Source of the DNA: an uncultured delta proteobacterium
GTDB taxonomy: Bacteria; Myxococcota_A; Polyangia; Polyangiales; JAFGIB01
NCBI GenBank assembly: GCA_963778655.1
Contig: CAVZVA010000010.1
Coordinates: 1,088,001 to 1,152,000, forward strand
Length of the DNA stretch: 64,000 bases
Reading direction: 5' to 3'
The position numbers and the translations under genes are program-made. How positions within the stretch are numbered: the first letter of the stretch is position 1; each line of letters starts with the position of its first letter. This document shows positions 1-8,791 of this stretch, one piece after another. The notes beneath the pieces were generated by a model. That model did no database searches. It was not told the DNA's origin and was given only the letters and a program-made list of their open reading frames with translations.

Positions 1-889
1 ACGCCAGTCTCCACAGCACGTGAGCGCTCAGCGGCGGAATCGTGGTTGCTGCGAACACCAACATCGAACGCGACAGCAGCTTGCCCTCGCGAGCGATGAC
101 GAAGGGGAGGTAGCCAAGAAACAGCAAATACGTCTCCGGCCGCGTCAACGTCGCGCCTACCAGCAGTCCCGCCGCCGCTGCGACCTGCTTCAACCGGAGG
201 CTGGAATCGGGCACCAGCAAGTAGTTGCAGAAGAAGTAGATGCTCGCCGTCAGTAGCGCCACGTACAGGCCTGTCTCCATGCCTGAAAACGCCCAGAACA
301 CGAGCGGAAAGTGCACGACCATCAGCACCTGCAGGCCTGCTGGGGGTAGGGTGCGGTCCGATGGGCGTCCGGGCGCGCCGATCCGGTCGGCGGTTCGATC
401 TGCCATCCAGACGCTGAACAGCGCGCAGCCGACTCCAAGCCAGCGCGCCAGAGAGGGAAGCCTCAGCCAACCGCAGATCGTGTTCGCAGCGCTCAGCAGC
501 ACCACCCACGCGAAGCTGGTGTAGCCCTCGACGCGCTCACCGAGGTTGAACACGAGCCCGTGACCATCGCTCAAGTTGCGCGCATATCTCAACGAGATGT
601 AGGCGTCATCCATGACGCCGCAGCCCAAGACGCTGCCGATGCAGAGCAGCAGTAGAGCGGGGGCCAACCGGCGCGGCCAGGCGCGCGCGTTTGCGACCCA
701 AGCACCCAAATAGATCGCGAGCGCGATGCGTAGCGCGAGCGACGTGAGCTCCGGGCTCCACAAGACGGTGCCCGCGCGCAGCGGTAAGATGGACAACAGG
801 AGCGACAACGCCGCGGGCGTCAGGCGCAAGAGTCCCAGGAGTCCCGCCGACATTCCCGCGAGCGTGGCAGCAAAGGGCGGTCCGTGCAC
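1..889 (-). CDS. GT-C fold membrane glycosyltransferase (AftB/arabinofuranosyltransferase-like), 3' end runs off the window
   Basis: Manual translation (absent from the ORF track): MDDAYISLRYARNLSDGHGLVFNLGERVEGYTSFAW...FWAFSGMETGLY with hydrophobic helices. Start uncertain (GTG 889 or ATG 853). Confidence 0.8.
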   Translation of the reverse strand, partial: MHGPPFAATLAGMSAGLLGLLRLTPAALSLLLSILPLRAGTVLWSPELTSLALRIALAIYLGAWVANARAWPRRLAPALLLLCIGSVLGCGVMDDAYISLRYARNLSDGHGLVFNLGERVEGYTSFAWVVLLSAANTICGWLRLPSLARWLGVGCALFSVWMADRTADRIGAPGRPSDRTLPPAGLQVLMVVHFPLVFWAFSGMETGLYVALLTASIYFFCNYLLVPDSSLRLKQVAAAAGLLVGATLTRPETYLLFLGYLPFVIAREGKLLSRSMLVFAATTIPPLSAHVLWRLA

Positions 890-1072
890 CTTCGCGACTC
901 GAGCTCGGCGGACTTGGCGGTCCTGCACCGCCCACAGGGTCGTGCCAAGAGCTACGCAACGGTGCGTGGGCCGGCCCGCTTGATTCTTCGTGCCTCGAGC
1001 TCGATCACGCACGACGTCGCCAGGGTGCGGGCAAGCACGGCAAGGCCGAGCAAGCGCGATCTCCCGCCCGGC

Positions 1073-3199
1073 TCAGTCCTGCTCCAGCTTGACGATGTCG
1101 TAGTAGATCCCCGCGCCGCCGCCGCCGCTGCTGAGCTGCAGGCCGAGCGTGTTGCTGCCGGCCTGCAGGTCGGCGGCGGCCACGCTGGCACTCAGCATCT
1201 CGAAGCGGCCGCCCTGCAGCGCGCTGCGATACAGGGTCTGGTCGTTACCGAAGTCGTGGCTCAGCACGGAATGGCCGTTGACCGCGACGTCCAGGTGCGG
1301 GTTGCGTGCCGCGCCCGCGATGCCCAGCGTCAGGAAGGCGCCGCCGGCCGGCACGCTCGCCAGCTGGAACTGCACGCTCCAGGTCCCGTTCTTGCTCTGC
1401 GCGAAGTACCAGTCATGGGCCGGGTCGCTGCTGCCCACCGTGTAGCTGAGCGTGGCCGGGGGCAGCTCCCACACGCCCGAGCTGGTCGCGGGGCCGTACA
1501 TGCGGCCGGTTTGGCTCGCGCTCGCGTCCTGCACGCGGAACTCACCGGCGGTGCGGTCGGACACGCCGATCGACCACAGCGTCGCGCCGTGATAGGGCGG
1601 CGACCAGGTCAGCGTACCGAGCTCGTTGTCACCCTCGCCCACGCTCACGCTGCTCTGCACGATCTCGCCGTTGTCGGGGTCGTCGACGATGTCGCCCTGG
1701 GTGGCGTACACGTGCAGCGCGTAGCTGCCGGGGCGCACGTTGCGGATGTGGAACGCGCCGTCGGCGTCCGCCTGAGCCCAGAAGATGTAGCCGTAGCCCT
1801 GATCCAGCAGCTGGCCGGGCTCCGCCAGCACCACCATCGCGCCTGCGGCCGAGCGGCCCCGGGCTTCGACGATGCGGCCGCGGACGCTGCCGCGCTGGAG
1901 CGGATAGGCGTCGTTTTGCATGAAGCAATAGGGCCACTGCTGCTGCTCGTAGGCGGCCTGCGCGGCCGCATCCGCAATCACGTCGTCGTCGCTGCCGCTG
2001 TTCACGTACACGAGGTTGGGGCCGTAGAGCTTGCGCCATCCAGCGGGCGAGGCCTGCGTGGTCGCCGAGCCGAAGTGCCCGCCGTGGTACATGTTCAAGA
2101 TCAGGTTGCTGTCATGCACCATCAGCTCCTGCTTGAGCGGTCCGCCGGTGTAGTACTCGAAGCTCGCCGAGATCAGCCAGGCGCCGTAGCCGTTGCCGTA
2201 CAACCCGTGAAAGGCGTCCTCGGTGCGGTAGGCGGCCCAGTCGTACTTGGTGAACACGGGGCCTTCCGAGTACGGCATGCCCGGCAGGGTGGCGCCGCCA
2301 GGTAGCGGATAAGTCGCGTCCTGGATCTGCGAGCTCGAGCTGAACGTGGACGCCTGGCTGGGGCTCGGTAGCGCGCCATGGCGCTCGCCGTTGTACCCGT
2401 TGGCGAGCACGTTGGGGTCGAAGCGCTGAACCGTGCGTAGCTCGCTCAGTGTGGTCGCGGCCTTGCCCTGGGTGTCGGTGATCAGAAAGTAGTAGAAGCC
2501 GCTGACACCGCGCAGCATCAGGTAGTGCAGGTCCCAATTCATGTCGCCGCCGGCGTCGACGAACGACAGCTCCACCAGGTCGTCGCTCTGGCGCACGACC
2601 GAGCGGCTGCCGGCGCTGATGCTGCGGTAGCTGCTGCCCCCGCCCGACGACACGTACAGCGTGTTGCCCGAGGCCATCAGCGACTTGCCGTCTTTGTGCA
2701 GCGAGGTGACGCTGCCGGCGCCGTTGATCGAGAGCGTGAGCAGGCCGTTGTCCAGGGTGAAGCCGCTGCCGTTCTGCTGCAGCGTGACCGCGCCCCCTTG
2801 GGGCGTGGGGCAGAGCGGCGGGCCGTCCGGCTCGGGTGCGCCGGCATCGCCGCCAGCTGCGGCCGCGCCGTCCTTGCCTGTGCCCGCGCCGGCATCCGTC
2901 GCTGGGCCGGCGTGGCCCGCGTCGATTGCGCTCGCGGAGGACCCGCCGGCTCCGCTCGGGGTGCCAACGCCGTTGCCAGCGCTACCCGCGGCACCGCCGG
3001 CCGTGCCGCCCGTACCCGGCGCAACCGCAGCGCCCGTGCCGGTCTGTCCCCCCGATTGCGGGAGTTGCCCGTCTCCGCCGTTCGGCTTGCTGCTGCAGGC
3101 GAGGGCCGCGCCCAGCAGCAGCAGCACCAGCGGGATCGCGCGCGGGTCGCCGGGACGCGGCCTCGCGGGCCACTGTGGGTTGCGCGCCGAGGCGGCCAT
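1073..3199 (-). CDS. Rhamnogalacturonan lyase, polysaccharide lyase family 4, lipoprotein
   Basis: Lipobox-like LAC, Gly-rich linker, then PL4 motifs LKQELMVH, HGGHFG, KLYGP, WPY, GYIFWAQADADGAFHIRNVRPGSY, LWSIGVSDRTAGEF, DWYFAQ, IYYDIVKLE. Confidence 0.85.
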   Translation of the reverse strand: MAASARNPQWPARPRPGDPRAIPLVLLLLGAALACSSKPNGGDGQLPQSGGQTGTGAAVAPGTGGTAGGAAGSAGNGVGTPSGAGGSSASAIDAGHAGPATDAGAGTGKDGAAAAGGDAGAPEPDGPPLCPTPQGGAVTLQQNGSGFTLDNGLLTLSINGAGSVTSLHKDGKSLMASGNTLYVSSGGGSSYRSISAGSRSVVRQSDDLVELSFVDAGGDMNWDLHYLMLRGVSGFYYFLITDTQGKAATTLSELRTVQRFDPNVLANGYNGERHGALPSPSQASTFSSSSQIQDATYPLPGGATLPGMPYSEGPVFTKYDWAAYRTEDAFHGLYGNGYGAWLISASFEYYTGGPLKQELMVHDSNLILNMYHGGHFGSATTQASPAGWRKLYGPNLVYVNSGSDDDVIADAAAQAAYEQQQWPYCFMQNDAYPLQRGSVRGRIVEARGRSAAGAMVVLAEPGQLLDQGYGYIFWAQADADGAFHIRNVRPGSYALHVYATQGDIVDDPDNGEIVQSSVSVGEGDNELGTLTWSPPYHGATLWSIGVSDRTAGEFRVQDASASQTGRMYGPATSSGVWELPPATLSYTVGSSDPAHDWYFAQSKNGTWSVQFQLASVPAGGAFLTLGIAGAARNPHLDVAVNGHSVLSHDFGNDQTLYRSALQGGRFEMLSASVAAADLQAGSNTLGLQLSSGGGGAGIYYDIVKLEQD

Positions 3200-3294
3200 G
3201 GCTCTCCAGTAGAGACCCGAGGTCGAGCAAGCGGGTCAATCGGCCGCCTGTCGCCCGGGGCGGTGGCGCGCTACGGTGTTTGGGCCTGCCGTAG

Positions 3295-6174
3295 ATGAGA
3301 ATGCCGCGATCCATGCCGTCGCTGTGCTTGCTCGCGCTCGCCGCGCTGGGCACGGGCGGCTGTGGCCGCAGCTCGATCGCGGAGTGCGCCAGCGACGCCG
3401 ACTGTCCCGGGACCGCCGCCTGCGTGCAGGGGTTTTGCGTGGCGGCCTCGAGCGTGTACGACGCCGGTCCGGGTGCGGGTCCGGGCTCCGCTGCGCCGCC
3501 CAGCGGCGGCGGCGGCGTGCCCGACAGCGGCCCACCCGGTCGGCCCCTGCAGTGCGGGCTGGGGCTCTCGTCCTGCGGCGGCGCGTGCGTCGACGGCGTG
3601 AGCGACCCGGCGCACTGCGGCGGCTGCAACGTGCGTTGCGGCGCGGCCGAGAGTTGCATCGAAGGAGCCTGCACGCCCGAGTGTGGCGGCGATCTCACGC
3701 GCTGCGGGCGCGCGTGCGAATCACTCGCCAGCAGCGACGCCAATTGCGGCACCTGCGGGGCGCAGTGCGGGGCGCAGCAGAGCTGCCGCGCGGGTGCGTG
3801 CGCGTGCGCGGCGCCAGGCCAGCAGGCCTGCGGCAGCAGCTGCGTGTCGACCAGCACCGACCCGCTGGCCTGCGGCGACTGCGGCAACGCGTGCGGCGCG
3901 GGACAGAGCTGCAGCGGCGGCGCGTGCGCGTGCCCCGCAGGCACACAGTCGTGCAATGGCGTGTGCCGGCCGCTCGATCGCGACCCGTTGCACTGCGGAA
4001 GCTGCGATCGCGCGTGCGGGGGCTCGTCGCCCTTCTGCCAGCAGGGCGCGTGCGTGGCCGCGTGCAGCGCACCGTTTTCCGCCTGCCGCAACAGCTGCGT
4101 CGACCTGCAGGGTGACCCGGAAAACTGCGGCACGTGTGGGAGCGCGTGCGCGGGCGGCAAGGCGTGCGTCGGTGGGGCGTGCCGCTGTCCGAGCGGTTAC
4201 AGCGATTGCGACGGCGAGTGCGTCGACCTGCAGGGCGACGCCCAGAGCTGCGGCGTCTGCGGCGGCGCGTGCCCGCCAGGCGGTGTGTGCGTGCAGGGCA
4301 CGTGCGCCTGCGCCCGCGGGCGCTCTGCGTGCGACTCGCAGTGCGTGGATACCGCGAGCGACCCCGACAACTGTGGCAGCTGCGGCCACCGTTGTCCGTC
4401 CGGCCAGGTCTGCGCGCAGGGCGCCTGCGCCCTCGGCTGCCCCATGCCGCTGCTCCGCTGCGGCTCGAGCTGCGTCGACACCGAGAGCGACGACCAAAAC
4501 TGCGGCGGCTGTGACCTGGGCTGCCCTTCGTCGCGCAGCTGCGTCAACGGCCGCTGCCAGTGTGCGGGCGGCCTGCTCTCTTGCGGCGGCGTCTGCACCG
4601 ACGCTTCGAGCGATCCGAGCGCGTGCGGGGGTTGCAACGATGCCTGCGCGACGCGTGAGATCTGCAACGCCGGTAGCTGCCGTTGCGAGGCGGGGGCCAT
4701 GCGCTGCGCGGACGCTTGCGTCGACCTGGCGAGCGACCCGCGCAATTGCGGCGCCTGCGGCAAGAGCTGCGGCCCGAGCAACGTGTGCGCGCAGGGCAGC
4801 TGTGCTGTGAGCTGCCCTGCGGGCCTGCAGGCGTGCGGCGGGGCGTGCGTCGACACCGATCACGATTCGCAGCACTGCGGCGACTGCGATACGCACTGTC
4901 CGGCAGGGCAGCAGTGCGAAAGTGGCGTGTGTGCGTGTCCGCCCGGCACCCGCGCGTGCGGTGCGCGTTGCGTCGACGTGCAGAGCGATCCGCTCGATTG
5001 CGGCACCTGCGGCCACGCCTGCGCGGGCGGCAAGAGCTGCAGCGGCGGTCTGTGCGTGTGCCCCGAGGGGGGCAGCGACTGCGGCGGCACCTGCACCTTC
5101 ACCCAGACCGACCCGCTGCACTGCGGTAGCTGTGCGGTCGCGTGCGGCGCGGGTCAGGTGTGCAACGCCGGCACCTGCACCTGCCCGTCGGGCACCACCG
5201 CGTGTGGCGGCAGTTGCGTACGCCTCGATAGCGATCACGACAACTGCGGCGCTTGCGGGCAGAGCTGCGCCCCCGACCAGCAGTGCCAGGGCGGTGCCTG
5301 CAGCTGTCCGAGCGGGACCGGCGCCTGCGGAGACAGCTGCGCGGACCTGCAGCAGGACGCGAGCAACTGTGGACAGTGCGGCCGCGCCTGCGGGCCGGAC
5401 CAGGACTGCATCTCGGGCGCTTGCCGCTGTCCGGCACGCACGACGCTCTGCAACGGAAGCTGCGTCGACCCGCGCAGCGATCACGAAAACTGCGGCGGCT
5501 GTGGGCGCGCGTGCGCGGCCGGACAGGTCTGCGATCGCGGCGCGTGCGCGAGCAGCTGTGCGTCGCCGCTGACCTTGTGCAACGGCACCGACTGTGTGCG
5601 GCTGGGCGCCGATCCGGCCAACTGCGGCGGTTGCGGTCAGGCGTGCGGCCGTGGCGAGACCTGCGTGGGCGGCGCGTGCCGCTGCATGCAGCCGCTGCGC
5701 AGCTGCGGTGGCGCTTGCGTCGATCAGCTCAACGACCCCAACGATTGTGGCGGCTGCGGTCAGAAGTGTGCGCCCGGCGAGACCTGTGCCGGCGGCATCT
5801 GCGCGTGCCTGGACGGGCAGACCCTGTGCGGGGTCTGCGTCGATACCCACAGCGACGATCGGAATTGCGGCGGCTGCAACCAGCCCTGCGACGTGGGTGC
5901 CCACTGTGTCGGCGGCAGCTGCGGGTGCACCGGCGATCAGGCGACCTGCGACGGCCGCTGCGTCGACCAGCAGATCGACCCGGCCAACTGCGGCGCCTGC
6001 GGCGCCGGCTGCGGCCCCGGCGCCTCGTGTCAGGACGGTGCTTGCGCGTGCGGTGGCGAGACCAACTCCTGCCACGGCAGCTGCGTCGACGTGTTGACCG
6101 ATCCGCGCAACTGCGGCGGCTGCGACAAGCAGTGCGCCCCGAACCAGAGTTGCGACAACGGCACTTGCGGCTGA
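3295..6174 (+). CDS. Cys-rich repeat lipoprotein (MXAN_6577/STIG1-like repeats)
   Basis: Signal peptide ending GGC; about 21 repeats of CVDxxxDPxNCGxCGxxCxxGxxCxxGxC; no catalytic domain visible. Confidence 0.85.
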   Translation: MRMPRSMPSLCLLALAALGTGGCGRSSIAECASDADCPGTAACVQGFCVAASSVYDAGPGAGPGSAAPPSGGGGVPDSGPPGRPLQCGLGLSSCGGACVDGVSDPAHCGGCNVRCGAAESCIEGACTPECGGDLTRCGRACESLASSDANCGTCGAQCGAQQSCRAGACACAAPGQQACGSSCVSTSTDPLACGDCGNACGAGQSCSGGACACPAGTQSCNGVCRPLDRDPLHCGSCDRACGGSSPFCQQGACVAACSAPFSACRNSCVDLQGDPENCGTCGSACAGGKACVGGACRCPSGYSDCDGECVDLQGDAQSCGVCGGACPPGGVCVQGTCACARGRSACDSQCVDTASDPDNCGSCGHRCPSGQVCAQGACALGCPMPLLRCGSSCVDTESDDQNCGGCDLGCPSSRSCVNGRCQCAGGLLSCGGVCTDASSDPSACGGCNDACATREICNAGSCRCEAGAMRCADACVDLASDPRNCGACGKSCGPSNVCAQGSCAVSCPAGLQACGGACVDTDHDSQHCGDCDTHCPAGQQCESGVCACPPGTRACGARCVDVQSDPLDCGTCGHACAGGKSCSGGLCVCPEGGSDCGGTCTFTQTDPLHCGSCAVACGAGQVCNAGTCTCPSGTTACGGSCVRLDSDHDNCGACGQSCAPDQQCQGGACSCPSGTGACGDSCADLQQDASNCGQCGRACGPDQDCISGACRCPARTTLCNGSCVDPRSDHENCGGCGRACAAGQVCDRGACASSCASPLTLCNGTDCVRLGADPANCGGCGQACGRGETCVGGACRCMQPLRSCGGACVDQLNDPNDCGGCGQKCAPGETCAGGICACLDGQTLCGVCVDTHSDDRNCGGCNQPCDVGAHCVGGSCGCTGDQATCDGRCVDQQIDPANCGACGAGCGPGASCQDGACACGGETNSCHGSCVDVLTDPRNCGGCDKQCAPNQSCDNGTCG

Positions 6175-6226
6175 GCCGCAGCGTCAGCTCTCGCCGGTGC
6201 GAGCCCGCGGCCTCGCTACGGGGCGT

Positions 6227-6254
6227 TTGACAGCGCGCGGCCTGCAGCTACCCT
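6227..6254 (+). promoter_or_regulatory. Sigma70-type promoter for the leader-MFS transcript
   Basis: TTGACA (6227-6232), 16-nt spacer, TACCCT (6249-6254), 10 nt before ATG 6265. Confidence 0.6.
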
Positions 6255-6264
6255 GAGCAACCTC

Positions 6265-6411
6265 ATGCACCGCCCCGCGCTCGACTTCGGCAAGCTTTCG
6301 CGCGTTTCCCGCGTCGCCGCGTGGATTTGCGTCGAGGAGCGCCGCACGTCGTGCCGCCGCGTGGCGTGGATGCAGCCGGCGGTCTGTTTCCAGGCTCGCG
6401 GAGCACCCTGA
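6265..6411 (+). CDS. Putative attenuator leader peptide (48 aa)
   Basis: MHRPALDFGKLSRVSRVAAWICVEERRTSCRRVAWMQPAVCFQARGAP*; lies between the promoter and a terminator, and its last codons overlap the antiterminator strand. Confidence 0.55.
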   Translation: MHRPALDFGKLSRVSRVAAWICVEERRTSCRRVAWMQPAVCFQARGAP

Positions 6412-6436
6412 GAAGAGCCCATCTTGCCAGCGCAAG

Positions 6437-6477
6437 CGGCCTTCCGGGTGCTCCGACCCGGGGGGCCGTTTTGCTTT
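6437..6477 (+). terminator. Intrinsic terminator / attenuator upstream of the MFS gene
   Basis: 13-bp stem CGGCCTTCCGGGT/ACCCGGGGGGCCG (two G-U pairs), 6-nt loop, tail TTTTGCTTT, then GGAG and ATG 6490. Confidence 0.75.
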
Positions 6478-6489
6478 GGAGCGACGGTC

Positions 6490-7701
6490 ATGTCTTTGCC
6501 CACATCCGAAGAGCTCAGGCTGCGACGCAACCCGGTGCTGCTGTGCGCATTTCACGCCGCGCAGATGGGCCTGTTTCCGATCGCGGTGCTTACGCTGTTT
6601 CTGCGCGACGAGCTCGGCTTCGGCATGTTCGAGGTGTTCTTGCTGCAGTCGATCTTCGCGCTGGCCGTCGCCAGCTTCGAGTTTCCCGCCGGCTATCTGG
6701 CCGACCGCTGGGGTTACCGGCGCGTGCTGCTGGTCGCGGCTGGGTTCGCGGCCTGCGGCTGGCTGGTCTATGCGCTGGCACGCGACTTTGCCGCGATCGT
6801 GTGCGCGGAGGTGCTGCTGGCGGCGGCGATCGCGCTGATCTCCGGCGCCGACGCGGCGCTGCTGTACGAGTCGCTGCTGGCCTTGCGCGAGGAGGGCAGC
6901 TTTGCGCGCTGGTACGGACTGTACCGCTCGTGCGGCAATGCGGCCGAGGGCACCGCTGCGCTGGCCGGCGCGTACCTGTTCGTGCGCTGGCCGCGCTCGC
7001 CGTTCGTGCTGCAGACGTTGCTCGCCCTGAGCGGCGTGGCGCTGGCGTTTGCCCTGCTCGAGCCGCCGCGCGAGCGCGGGCAACCGCTGGCCGCAGCCGC
7101 GCGCGTGCGTGGGCTGGTGCGTTTCGTCGCCTTCGGCGCACCGCGCCTGCGCGCCGTGATCGCGCTGTTGCTCGCGCTCAGCCTGCCGAGCTACGTGATG
7201 GTGTGGGTGTTGCCGGCCTACGTGCAGGACTCGGGCATCAACGCGGCCTTCATGGGCCCGATCTGGGCGGCCGCCAGCTACACGGTGGCGCTCACCTCGT
7301 GGTCGGCGCCCCGGCTCGCGCAGCGCGTCGGGGTGCCGTCCGCGCTCGCGCTGTGCGTGGCGCTGGTGGCTGCGGGCTACGCGGGGCTCGGCCTCAGCCA
7401 CGGTAGCTACGGCTTCCTGTTCTACTTCGCGCTGTGCACGGTGCGCGGCGTGCAGCTGCCGCTGTTGCACACCGAGGAGCAACGCTTGATTCCGTCGAGC
7501 GACCGCGCGGCGCTGCTCTCGCTCAACAGCTTGTTCTTCAGGGCCAGCTTCATGCTGCTCGGCCCGCTTTTGGGCTACGCCCTGGACCATGCCGACCGCC
7601 ATCACGTGCTGCTCGCGATCGGCGCGGGCTTCTTCGCGTGCGCAGCGGGCGCGTGGCTGTGGTTCGTTAGCGCTCCGCGCGCACAGCTCGCGCCAGGCTG
7701 A
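6490..7701 (+). CDS. MFS transporter
   Basis: About 12 hydrophobic segments, motif A EFPAGYLADRWGYRR, SGADAALLYESL. Confidence 0.85.
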   Translation: MSLPTSEELRLRRNPVLLCAFHAAQMGLFPIAVLTLFLRDELGFGMFEVFLLQSIFALAVASFEFPAGYLADRWGYRRVLLVAAGFAACGWLVYALARDFAAIVCAEVLLAAAIALISGADAALLYESLLALREEGSFARWYGLYRSCGNAAEGTAALAGAYLFVRWPRSPFVLQTLLALSGVALAFALLEPPRERGQPLAAAARVRGLVRFVAFGAPRLRAVIALLLALSLPSYVMVWVLPAYVQDSGINAAFMGPIWAAASYTVALTSWSAPRLAQRVGVPSALALCVALVAAGYAGLGLSHGSYGFLFYFALCTVRGVQLPLLHTEEQRLIPSSDRAALLSLNSLFFRASFMLLGPLLGYALDHADRHHVLLAIGAGFFACAAGAWLWFVSAPRAQLAPG

Positions 7702-7974
7702 GCAGCGGCGCAGCGCGGCAAGCTGTCCGCGTTCGCTTTGGGCGCGTGGAGGTCCGGGAATTGTGCGCGCGCCCTTCCAAGGTCCGCCCGGGCCTGGCCC
7801 TCGACGGCGCGGGCCCGATTCTCGAACAGAGCGTCGAGGGGCTCGGTGCAAGCAGCGTTTGGAGCCGCATTGGGGCCCGAGTGCGTCGGTTACGAGACCC
7901 CGTGCCTGCGCGCAGCTGCTCGAGTGCCGCCGGCCCCAACGCACGGAGTCTCGGTCGTCCGGGCTTGCGCGGAC

Positions 7975-8622
7975 TCAACGCCAGCCGGGCAGGCACGCGT
8001 CGGTGCAGCTCTCGGGGCTCGCCCCGCCGTCGGTGTCGGGCGCGCTCGCGAAGTCCTGGCCGCCGTCGGCGTCCGGACGTGGGAGCGCGCTGCCGCTCAG
8101 GCAGGAAAGGAAGCTGCGGCGCAGCTGCGCGTAGGGCTTGACCTGCGTCGAGCACTGCGCGCCGCACACGTCGAGCACCTGCTCGGACGCCGTGTCCGGG
8201 CTCGCGCTCGTGTCGCGCGCGAAGCACGCCCGCACGCAGTCGAGGAACATGGCCGGACACACGTACGCGGTGGTGAGATAGCTGCCGTCGCCGGCTGGGT
8301 AGGGATCGGACTCGCCGCAGAACAGCTCGCCCAGCGTGTCGCAGCAGGTCTCGGCCAGGCAGATCAAGCACGCGTCGGCCGGGCCCAGCGGATTGGGCTC
8401 GCACGCACGGTCCCAGCGCACCGCGCCGTCGACCGCGGGCTGCGCCGCGCCATCCCGGCCGCCGGCGTCGTGCAACCCCGCGTCACGAGCCGCGCCCGCG
8501 TCGCGCGGCCGCGCGCCCGTGCCGGCATCGCCATGCACGGCAGGCTGGTGCGAGCACGCGGTCATGACGAGCGCGAGCAGCAGCCGAGCCCCGCGCAGCC
8601 GCGCTCGTGTGTGCCTGAGCAT
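7975..8622 (-). CDS. Hypothetical Cys-rich lipoprotein
   Basis: LLALVMTAC lipobox-like signal, DAG linker repeats, Cys-rich C-terminal half. Confidence 0.6.
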   Translation of the reverse strand: MLRHTRARLRGARLLLALVMTACSHQPAVHGDAGTGARPRDAGAARDAGLHDAGGRDGAAQPAVDGAVRWDRACEPNPLGPADACLICLAETCCDTLGELFCGESDPYPAGDGSYLTTAYVCPAMFLDCVRACFARDTSASPDTASEQVLDVCGAQCSTQVKPYAQLRRSFLSCLSGSALPRPDADGGQDFASAPDTDGGASPESCTDACLPGWR

Positions 8623-8791
8623 GCAGCGCAGCGTAGCGGGGCTTCGGCGCGGGCGCGACCAGCTCGGTCCGCGCAAGGCGACGCCCGCGCAGCACTTGTT
8701 CGCAAGCATCCGCGATGACGCGTTTGGATAGGCTTTCTGTCGCGCGTGCGGCCATTGACCGCCAGCGGGGCACCTTGTATCCGGTTGCAAC

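Noticed and set aside
3295..6174. Multiheme cytochrome or RiPP precursor
   Set aside because: The repeats are CGxC with no CxxCH pattern, and no modification enzymes are adjacent.
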